Of a stretch of DNA of 64,000 nucleotides, positions 58,701 through 64,000 are shown piece by piece (the first letter of the stretch is position 1; each line of letters starts with the position of its first letter). Source of the DNA: a virus (taxonomy: Duplodnaviria; Caudoviricetes); IMG/VR virus record IMGVR_UViG_3300042862_000163, positions 1-64,000 of that record. One strand, written 5' to 3'. The notes under the pieces were generated by a model. That model had not been told where the DNA came from. It worked only from the letters and a program-made list of their open reading frames with translations, and did no database searches. Both the position numbers and the translations under genes were made by a program.

Positions 58701-59123
58701 ACAGGTACCACAGTTACTAAAAAAGACTATGCTGTAAGACTTTCTAAAGGAGATTATTCTCTAAATGATGTAATAGGATATAAAAGAGTTTTGCTTTCAT
58801 CAGGAGAGCCATTGAGGATATTTGATTACAATGGAAACTTGCAATCTGTATACAAAATGGTTAATCTTTATGGAGATGGTGCTAAGGCTTCAGAATATTA
58901 CACAACATTTAGACCTTCTGTTATTGAAAATGGTACAATGCCAGTTAAAAGAGAAATAGAGGATAGAGATATTGTTAACTATTATGGTGGTGAAATTGCA
59001 AAAGAAACAGTATCTTTACCAACAGAAGCACCTACACAAATGACTGGACAACCTGAAGGAATATCACAAGAAGAATGGGATGGTTTATCTCAAGAAGAAA
59101 AAAATAAAATAAACGAATGTTAA
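46746..59123 (+). CDS. Virion-packaged multidomain DNA-dependent RNA polymerase (phi14:2 gp66-like)
   Basis: 4125 aa; GFRIPTQ and catalytic GSDFDIDKL (56403-56417); N-terminal hydrophobic Gly/Ala segments; zincin-like HEVME. Confidence 0.9.
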   Translation: MPDFDKNLQPIIKDSSIPFEHINIGAPKPAAPINVGSNDFSLPTLAKNDDDVFAILDNISRTTDFNEKGAFVTNATLKANQRYKEYNPIIANQEDFAAYGQGSAEKAFNGVVKGANLVGTTIAGGFGMLYGAGKAILPGGKFSDIWDNPIMQGLDKWNNKVDQEYLPNYYTDKEKNAEWYQRDNWMTTNFLFDKLIKNSGFAVGAMVSGNIANGVLGAAGAALGGFAAEGALLAEASQGFKLFTPLLRGTARAFSAAKNVEAAAILEKNLSSIANITSQAAELEVLGIAKSTLKYAGFNDAARRTAIAAYSSAGEASFEALQTSNEYKKSLIQKYTNENGHAPTGIDLENINDLTASVGATSFLGNMALLTVTEFQQLPNLLGSSYKTTKNAANSLLGKVDNVILKDGKYVSDVVAPSTRFGKLYGSAKRVGGYMFDPKEGGQEIGQYALQVGTQHYFEKGKQNRSSSDVLDAILESAQYGFLDEKKGALRSKEGIEGGIIGALTGGVMQTFGANGTIAENKQVKTNTEKFINGLNDAPTFQQAFLQRMESINRGVALQKQYQDAVIQGDKLEALDTQTDMMHNYLTSRINYGKFDMVMDDITELKQMGMSKEGLATLKEQGIGNIEDTVDSFQKRLNNFEQIAKNTNDIIKSTNLRFSGEVLTDEDNNPILSPDGKQLRKYSPYVIDKLVYAASKIADYDVRIPLVNQSLSATGINTFDVLQSIIKNNKPSREATDEVLKQINDMDVLSDVKDGLKTVLSDTIELSLRRKTFMQEYDDIKRKPLNYETKPEFLFGASEELDVKVEQQEKVKGKRKPLITEKELEVNKEYSLKEPLRKEGSTLQLAPKITVLSQTLGGEFEVRLPNGQIKFITPTEFKNYNISDEDNTSDEMETIFDKAIDTVLDREEYLEYNIELKTAGPKNVYDKRAFVNDLDNQKLIDAIEKEFNKQAGELIEKKEKQIAQQKQLIQNKEQIIKQQTELEHDSGSIATSNQIPAEPFKEGKLIDAEALFLSSTTESEGIEDATKSAQHIKNSRVFLNNIAEFPNRSNIRAILLTPKQVAGLNLNGLVQMSYGKESTVSVDSIEDVNSIDNGFVAQVFVEQNKDGLFYVNKEGKIIGKVGEDLGDSLRDVIFQTMRTTSLHYRNGNPRYRSEQEDEARAYAAAWKAYRTKLFNAGATEFPTFEFFVSSGIPIEIKTAEGIKEKNHVGGILIKEELITNQANLIVIPTKKTITNSRGEIQKAANGVPMLQYGDTLQFLNNRSFNNREAEGIYETIRRIANQTVEQSNTGQAISFNRQFTKFLQNVLYWKSKADTASPNQIGIDVNTLSLNLGNKSFPLAEIDNYKKEIIDHLTDTETFNSINTKTLTDLQSAPFEEWYINQEGNFVSSKWANYQTYLLSSTYPSGKARPIGDTPLSTSIAKPTEAIPYSFQQRYSTITQPDDFNVQVIVATAKKEEKKEEAPAPKTFEFKAGPVEYTSQEDADGNFIVEVERNATTKAVAADTNSLDVVINALKAADKFDASIPKGQEETYVTDFMAMQIAASLKAENLKQQEAPVAEEVVQPMAPPEVVAQQDIEKRKTKVISSEVVEKGSRKGQTRTVTQTNSIEEVEGTLVSVTEYEAKVGDTTVTLGGKTMTVKEFKEEFPLDEDYEGIFEGLDDDAKITVRKVKRTPTNSRFDSIVSIMSAEFGKMDVGTKKNDNTYNAELAALEGGEETNIGKEIIAVAPFNKGTITGKIVSVIENKAKKGLYSIILDNGERVSGSFEDNKFTWIKEEETPPSEFPSGDFRRVGLNDKDRMTDADFEIFKEWAAETLPLIPWEDLEHMITISPNEKAWGVFENGVAKFVKGGLRGTEYHEVMEAVWKGLLTSEQRQALLNEFKNKNGFFTDRQTGKKIPFLEATDLQAKERIMDDFSDFRLGKIPARSLGEFVRRLFNKILNFFKTFNNKPSLKQELFEAINAGKFKEKALSPESITSAPEYRTVEDLTVQQANNFVQDILARASGILFRDGEKGLLFNPQGITGTEMFNKVEEMYIKEGRRQLLSDNAWEQLKERVKDKLRIQGINFNEEEVHNINNDETNKNDYVSDPFTVEGKKSATPAVKFLLSTQIERESTNQESAITLNTPPPSYSEMKVKGFPIKGYKLMDYSRTFATLLDKLSNSSSVSKFTDKLFNLAQDDANYVGVFQKIGGKDKVIPFSEFKANDWRLFIDFMQTFARQKPDALIQYKSIDSVHTGAANLFTANKQTQQYWMENIKTLAKGTGTIVNFNNKTYTIDQEALQSMPLRKSKDMVAFLNAIGIEFDLDTYNKLKSYQKTGKNGFNEQVQSIYAFFGSNNNLMSISGKTLDIDGPLSRLAELYNTVNNPSQESTYFGVENQRIGAFSENNAPSIFENEFNEADTLTELKQTRTELNDIFSAGSQVLKEGGLFYDKDGKQIKEFKLSYIQGEDNQDTDKGTSTSKLKIGDRYTLEINQNLNGKYYILMPADGSTEWMMNIGNNVSFDSIAAGSYTDINAIFKGYLMDDINLALDYKTREKLLNVGDKAKELRFFKDILADEQLEAINKMIEDNESLDDIKKYIDTNIGAINNSVKEFIDGMNVGTKNVLVENKKIVVGEKTSKYLDLDGNFAKANSLNKNALTEKSVNDIINFANVNYIIANIEYHKILFGDPYQFAVKKDGSLDQTKRIKSWLSPRRTTFDSAEFNTFLNNNANETDGIKVDEYVYDAKTNTWTGDLGGHKFKSHTNTITIKDVTTAGSLANINKLFGDNNEADAVSWLMDTTHREVKLKNKQWDLEGPEEKFFQWQMAFTRTNLPGYKYSNSALEAHDKALMETEMPKHKLEILKPIVTGNKFNKNNFDQVLDKFSQVPVYYSMVKGTNLEKLYIQMMKQQIGYAIVESGRKVGTQEKHSLYNGDGSFNTEAFSEESIVQVPWKAYGIQVETASSDNKTQTRGSQLTKLASMDIFDNGEASSVEAEKEYNRNKDILDLMHSNGYKELLIDLGIEDLGTEFVMKDGTSISETLMREMLRREVSDNSKDTLELNEENQFIIPFEASPSYTQIRSILYSMIDKAIGSPKMTGGAHVQMPATMLESATKGRSIVMKNEKGIWEKITKEKYATLNAAQKANVMLTDDTLKFYTRTEKWCEVYMPHWFKDKFKGKFKNDRELLNYLNGTTEGKAILSGIGFRIPTQALSSVEVFRVKGFLPQYMGATVVVPSEITTKAGSDFDIDKLNMYLKSVYVDSKGDIKLVKYLDSEEATKEFFSRIYDETILKDIQKIKDSDAFREELYNFLDPTRVVSEVGAIRQQVFYDQNEAIINEIISQADAADKDPVDYINNQIQMLAGKEAKLNAKLLNDTLRNRYVKEMYKNSLENEYYDSLEKLITLPENFDRLISPIDDAGLKKLAGELDTLRQTDETSIPNRILNRNFMTSLRNSFVMGKKWVGIVAVNITNLSLKQKSQVYIDPKRFQLVSLDDQVLLGDGTIALKHNTTKVNGEEFVSLSGTTVKDSTELISNRLSGYATAVVDVAKDDFITRIIQSDLVIGTFMFLENIGAGRQTAFFLNQPIISEYLKIVNANNASNLFDKKNIELVKDKFGSKVTFIKSSTINLDNLESNISDYYSDVKFDETRNAEQLKIFSEFLKYAKMAEYNFSFTQATNYDTSRFGSGDMFARKEWQTQAAKDVNIISSVENILNSTFIGKQSKFMSKSMQAMSAVFNLERDDLRIITESIMKVYGKNKYLSQENFNKISNKAKMAFLDYIIQTKTELSDRTYALLINPKSCVAVKLERAKIRYPFIQILKELQVTPSDRIDGAKSIQLRVNDKSAESENLNQEMMRELRDYNEETKELYNDIVSVAILQGSYQSAISIKNIIPIEDYSAIVTPVVTSISSTESLKAFSEGFFERNNFDDQLIMPRVIPFFKEKVEPGDDPFSEYRRYTSDSFPTLEGLGLDTMDRQVMLITDKYNQKAMNSNYVAVNKVTKLKDGTRVDITTGTTVTKKDYAVRLSKGDYSLNDVIGYKRVLLSSGEPLRIFDYNGNLQSVYKMVNLYGDGAKASEYYTTFRPSVIENGTMPVKREIEDRDIVNYYGGEIAKETVSLPTEAPTQMTGQPEGISQEEWDGLSQEEKNKINEC

Positions 59124-59124
59124 T

Positions 59125-62100
59125 ATGGCACATTGTGTAAATAGAAGTTCTCCAGAATTTATAGCATTAGCTGAACAATCTAATATCAATCCAATAATTC
59201 TTGCTGCAAAGGTTTCTTTGTGGCAGGAAGTTAATGGTTTAGATAATTTTCCTGCATTAGAAAATATAGTAAAATCTACAGAAGAAAAAACTATACCACA
59301 AACTGCATCACCACAAACCCTTGCATTAATAAAAGATTTTATTAAACGTATTGGTGTTGATGCAAAATCAATGCAAAATATTGTAGTGAATGGCGTTAAG
59401 CAAGATGCTAATGGTGTGGCATTGCTTATGCAAAAACTTATTCAAGTAGTAGAGGGTACAGAAGCACAATCTCTTCCTGAAGAAGCTATGCACTTTGCTG
59501 TAGCTATTATTAAACAAACCAACCCTAAGTTGTATAAAAAATTGATGAGTGAAATAAATAACTATCAATTAAAGAATGAAGTGTTTGAAACTTATGGTAG
59601 TGATCCAGGATATCAATTAGATGGTAAACCAGATGTTATTAAACTTAAAGAAGAAGCTATTGCTAAAGTGTTAGTTGAAACTATAATTAACAATAATGAA
59701 AACAACCCTGAAAAACTAGAGCTTATAGCTAAATCACAATCATGGTGGAATGATATTATAGATTATTTTAAAAACTTATTCATGAAAAGTGGATTTGATA
59801 AACTGTCTATGAATATTATTTCAGGAAAGAATATAGGAACAGCTGAAGATATTAGAGAAGAGGAAGGTACATTCTTTTTACAAAAATCTAGACAAGAACA
59901 ATTAGTTAGTAGTATAAAAGAAATATCTGATAGAATAAGTTTAGATACAGTTAAGAATGATGCTGGTGGAGAAGATTCAAAATATTTTATTGATGGTAAA
60001 GAAATCAAATGGAGAGTTAGTAATATAACTAAAACTTGGTATGATATATTACGTAGAGATAAAGCATTGAATGATTCTGAATTTAAAAAAGCAGTTAACA
60101 CATTAAAGGCTGACAAAGGAACTGCTTTACATAAAGATACGGAACATGCTATGTCTATTCTTACTGATGATAGTGGTAAATTAAGAAGTAGAGAAGAGCT
60201 AAATGACATTATAGCTAATGATAATCATGTATCATTTGGAGATCCAAACAATAATGATATGTATCATCTCTTGAGAGATAATCTAAGAGCTCGTATGGAA
60301 TCATTTCCTAAAGATACTATATTCATGTCTGAAGTTACAATATACGATGCTAAAAGAGATTTAGCAGGCACCGTAGATTTTTTAGCTATTACACCTACAG
60401 GAAAGATTAATATATTAGATTGGAAATTTATTGGACTTGATACAGCTAAGTTTAAAGATATTCCTTGGTACAACGTTGCTTCTTGGAATAGACAAATGAA
60501 TCAGTATAAAACTATAATTAAAGATAATTATGGTGTAGAAAATAAAGATTTTGAACAAACAAGAATGATTCCTATCAAAGCTGTTTATTCAGAAGCTAAT
60601 GCAAAAACAGGAGCACTTCCTAATTTATTAAATGTAATAATAGGAGATGTTAATGTTAAAAATATTAAAGAAGATTATTTAATACCTGTTCCAGCTCCTG
60701 GAGAAAAAGTTATTATAGAAAACGATGTTGCAGCAAGTAAAAAAATTAATTTATTATTAGATAAATTGAATGATGTGTATGCAAAACTTTCTGAACAAAA
60801 AGCATTACCATCTGAAAGACTTAATAAATCTGAACAATTAAATGCTTTATATTCTGCAATTAGACAATTGCAAATGAAACAAGACATAGGACCTTTGTTA
60901 TATCAAGCTAAAGTGTTGAATGTGCAGATCCAAGGAATTATAGAAACATACAATACTAAATTCAAAGATGTAGATAGAGAAACTTTAAAAGGTGATGAAG
61001 TAGAAGATTTCACAAAAACAATGTTAGTAGCAGAAGATGCTTTACAACATTATACAACTTTGGATTTAGATTTAGATTTTCTTTTTGAAGGAAAAACTAC
61101 TGATGAAGAAAAAGCTTTAAAAGAAGAATTAAGAGAAACAGCTTATCAATCTAGAAAACTTAAAGAAACATTAGGTGAGTTATTTACAGAATTCACTGTA
61201 GATAATATTGGAGGTACAGAAAAAGGAGAGAAAGTTGTAAAAGATATATTTTCTAAATGGTTAGGAACAACTTCTACTATACAGATTAAAAGTGTTCAAG
61301 ATTTATTCAAAATGGCTAATGCAGCATTTGGACGTGCTGGTATGGATACACAATCAGAAGTTAAGAAATTAACAGAATTAAAAAAATCTTTTCAAGCATG
61401 GGCAAGTAACAAAGGTCTTACATCTAAAAATATGTTTTCTCTTATTAAGAAAAAAGGAGAGAATGAATTAATAGACCAATATCAAAACGAATTTTACAAA
61501 ACATTAACTTCTAAGATAGAAGCAAAAGATTTTGATTGGATAAGAGATAATGTTGATGTAGATGCATATAAAGAATATTTAGAAGAAAAATTAAAGACAG
61601 AATATAAAAGGATAGAAGATAAATCTAGAGTTGGTTCAGAAGAAGAGAATTATAATGCAGTGACTAGAGAACAATTTGAAGCTAAGAACTTATATGACAT
61701 ATCTACACCTAAATCTGTGGGATGGTTGCTATATAATGATATTAAGAATTTCCCAGTTGAAACTTGGGAATCTAAAGAATGGAAAGAATTACATGCTAAA
61801 GATACCAATGGTAATTATATAAATAAACCAGCTTTAGATTTTTATAATTATATTATAGAAAGAAATAATGAATATGCAAAAATAGGATATATACAAGATA
61901 AAACAGCTAGAACATTTCTTCCATGGGTTAGAAAAGGTTTTACAGAAAAACTTATATTTGGTGGAAACATAACAGTAGGAGAACAGTTTTTAAAAAGTAT
62001 ATCAGTTGATCCTGATGAAGTCGGATTTGGTTCTTTTGATCCAATTTCAGGAAAAATAATAAATAAGATTCCTAGATATCTAGTAAGTAAATTTGAAGAA

Positions 62101-63912
62101 GAGGCATCAGAAGATTTATTTAAAACTATGGCAATGTATAATGAATTTGCTATTAAGTTTCAGTATTTATCACAAATAGAAAATCAAGGAAGAGCATTGC
62201 TAAGACTTGAACAAAACAAAAAAGCTATTGCAACCTCTCAATTTGGAAAAACACAAAAGGATGAGTATGGTGAATTAGTATATACAAATGATAATAATGA
62301 GAACACTAAACTATATGAAGATATGTTCAAAGCTATTGTATATCAACAAAAGTATATACAAAGTGAAGCATTTGATCAATTGCTAGGAAAGTTTGGTAAT
62401 TTTGGTACAACTATAAATGATAAACTTGGATTTAAACTATTACCAGAAAATTTAGATGGAAGACAAATAAGTATTAATAAAGCTATAACACAATTAAATA
62501 ATACATTTCAAGTGACAGCTTTAGGTCTTAATATACTATCATCATCATCTAACTACTTTGGAGGTACAGCACAAGGGTTTATTAACGCTGGTAAGTATTT
62601 TACTAAAGCAGATTATGCAGCTACAGAAATGTGGTTACTAGGTAATAAAATGGGTGGTGTAGATAAACAGAAAATTCTTGCTGCACTTGAATATTTTATA
62701 CCATTCACAGACAATTATAATAAACAAGCTACAACGCATCTTTCTTTAAATAAATTAGATGAGCAAGCTGTGCAAGATTGGTTAATGATAATGATGAGAG
62801 AAGGAGATGAAGCTGTACAAAGATTAAACTTTTTTTCTTTCTTGAAAAATTCAATTGTTGTAGATGGTAAAGTGGTTAACTCTAGAGAATATTTAAAAAC
62901 TACAGAAGAGTATAAAGAATTTTATAAAGGAACTGAACAAGAAAGAAAAGATAGAGCTGATAAATTTGAAAAAGATGTAAAGGCTATTAATGAAAAACAA
63001 GGAGTATTAGCTTTAAGTACAGTAGAAAATGGTGAACTTATTATTCCTGGTGTAGATAGAAAATCTGATTCTGTAATAGAACTAAGAAGAAAAGTGCAAA
63101 GTTTTACTGCTGATGCTTTAGGTTCTATGACAGAAGAAAATAAACGTCTAATGAATTTAAATATATATGGAAACTCATTCATGGTATTTAAAAACTGGAT
63201 CCCAAGACTTGTAGATGTACGTATGGGTAATATTAAATACAATGCTGCTTCTGATGCTTATGAATGGGGAAGAACTAGAATGATAGCTAGATTTGTATCA
63301 GATGATCTTAAAGGAGCATTAGGTAATCTTAAAAATTCTTTAATGGGTAATGATAAAGGAATGGAATATATAAGAGAACTATATGAGAAAAAAAGAGCTG
63401 ATTATAAAGCTGATACTAATAAAGAACTTGAAATGACAGAAGATGAATTTATCGATCTTGTTAGAGCAAATATTAAGAATCAATTAATAGATGTATTATT
63501 CTATGCAGGATTGTGGGCATTGTTTTTAGGAATGAAAGCATTAGCTCCAGATGATGATGAAGATCCAGCTGTTAGAAGTCAATGGAACTTCATGCTTAAA
63601 GCAACAGATAAATTTAAAGATGAGGTTGGATATTTTTATAATCCTGGAAGTTTAACAAGTTTAGTATCAAAAGGAGCATTCCCAGCTATGGGACTTATAA
63701 CTAATTATGAAAAAGCATTAGGAGGATTTTTAAAAGAATCATATGCTTTAGGAACAGGAGATGATGAATCAGCTGAAAAGAATCAAGTTATAAAATATTG
63801 GATGAAAACAAATCCTATAACTAATCAAGCTGCAGGATTACTTCCTATGTTTTACCCTGCTTTAGCAAAAGATCTTGGTATAAAGATGCAATCCCAATAT
63901 GGTATAAGATAG
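59125..63912 (+). CDS. Large RNAP-cluster cargo protein with degenerate zincin and PD-(D/E)xK nuclease domains
   Basis: LPEEAMHF...EEA; AGTVDFLAITPTGKINILDWK...QMNQY; hydrophobic segment near the C-terminus. Confidence 0.8.
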   Translation: MAHCVNRSSPEFIALAEQSNINPIILAAKVSLWQEVNGLDNFPALENIVKSTEEKTIPQTASPQTLALIKDFIKRIGVDAKSMQNIVVNGVKQDANGVALLMQKLIQVVEGTEAQSLPEEAMHFAVAIIKQTNPKLYKKLMSEINNYQLKNEVFETYGSDPGYQLDGKPDVIKLKEEAIAKVLVETIINNNENNPEKLELIAKSQSWWNDIIDYFKNLFMKSGFDKLSMNIISGKNIGTAEDIREEEGTFFLQKSRQEQLVSSIKEISDRISLDTVKNDAGGEDSKYFIDGKEIKWRVSNITKTWYDILRRDKALNDSEFKKAVNTLKADKGTALHKDTEHAMSILTDDSGKLRSREELNDIIANDNHVSFGDPNNNDMYHLLRDNLRARMESFPKDTIFMSEVTIYDAKRDLAGTVDFLAITPTGKINILDWKFIGLDTAKFKDIPWYNVASWNRQMNQYKTIIKDNYGVENKDFEQTRMIPIKAVYSEANAKTGALPNLLNVIIGDVNVKNIKEDYLIPVPAPGEKVIIENDVAASKKINLLLDKLNDVYAKLSEQKALPSERLNKSEQLNALYSAIRQLQMKQDIGPLLYQAKVLNVQIQGIIETYNTKFKDVDRETLKGDEVEDFTKTMLVAEDALQHYTTLDLDLDFLFEGKTTDEEKALKEELRETAYQSRKLKETLGELFTEFTVDNIGGTEKGEKVVKDIFSKWLGTTSTIQIKSVQDLFKMANAAFGRAGMDTQSEVKKLTELKKSFQAWASNKGLTSKNMFSLIKKKGENELIDQYQNEFYKTLTSKIEAKDFDWIRDNVDVDAYKEYLEEKLKTEYKRIEDKSRVGSEEENYNAVTREQFEAKNLYDISTPKSVGWLLYNDIKNFPVETWESKEWKELHAKDTNGNYINKPALDFYNYIIERNNEYAKIGYIQDKTARTFLPWVRKGFTEKLIFGGNITVGEQFLKSISVDPDEVGFGSFDPISGKIINKIPRYLVSKFEEEASEDLFKTMAMYNEFAIKFQYLSQIENQGRALLRLEQNKKAIATSQFGKTQKDEYGELVYTNDNNENTKLYEDMFKAIVYQQKYIQSEAFDQLLGKFGNFGTTINDKLGFKLLPENLDGRQISINKAITQLNNTFQVTALGLNILSSSSNYFGGTAQGFINAGKYFTKADYAATEMWLLGNKMGGVDKQKILAALEYFIPFTDNYNKQATTHLSLNKLDEQAVQDWLMIMMREGDEAVQRLNFFSFLKNSIVVDGKVVNSREYLKTTEEYKEFYKGTEQERKDRADKFEKDVKAINEKQGVLALSTVENGELIIPGVDRKSDSVIELRRKVQSFTADALGSMTEENKRLMNLNIYGNSFMVFKNWIPRLVDVRMGNIKYNAASDAYEWGRTRMIARFVSDDLKGALGNLKNSLMGNDKGMEYIRELYEKKRADYKADTNKELEMTEDEFIDLVRANIKNQLIDVLFYAGLWALFLGMKALAPDDDEDPAVRSQWNFMLKATDKFKDEVGYFYNPGSLTSLVSKGAFPAMGLITNYEKALGGFLKESYALGTGDDESAEKNQVIKYWMKTNPITNQAAGLLPMFYPALAKDLGIKMQSQYGIR

Positions 63913-64000
63913 TGTAAGATTAGTTACTATTAAAATATATTTATGTTATGCTATATTATGAAGAAAATATAATATTATCATTTCGTTATAACAAATATAA

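Noticed and set aside
12607-59123. Introns or inteins in TerL, major capsid or RNAP genes
   Set aside because: No frame breaks and no intein or homing-endonuclease motifs recognised
10857-63242. Many short antisense ORFs within large plus-strand genes
   Set aside because: Typical antisense shadows of AT-rich coding sequence
1-64000. Stop-codon reassignment (seen in some crAss-like phages)
   Set aside because: Genes up to 4125 aa are intact in code 11, genes end in TAA, TGA and TAG, and no suppressor tRNA was found

Overview
A 64-kb segment of a lytic crAss-like (Crassvirales-type) podophage of a Bacteroidota, probably flavobacterial, host. It is AT-rich and reads in the standard genetic code. 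Left arm (minus strand, 1-10007): small early/host-takeover ORFs, a MoxR AAA+/VWA pair, and a ~1.55-kb non-coding RNA island with its own host-type promoter and terminator. The island holds a phage tmRNA with an unusually long tag, two tRNA-like RNAs whose anticodon arms are replaced, and several unassigned pseudoknotted or multi-stem domains. After a divergent control region (10008-10731) the plus strand carries the crAss-like virion module: small DNA-binding proteins, TerL, portal, putative scaffold, major capsid, tRNA-fMet, ring/adaptor proteins, Thr-linker modular fibre proteins with two FISUMP domains, a metallophosphoesterase, an apparently split muzzle protein, cargo proteins with repeated xxxG(G) motifs, and the three giant virion-RNA-polymerase cluster genes (DFDID active site in the 4125-aa ORF). 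All assignments come from motifs and synteny read by eye; no database search or folding program was run.
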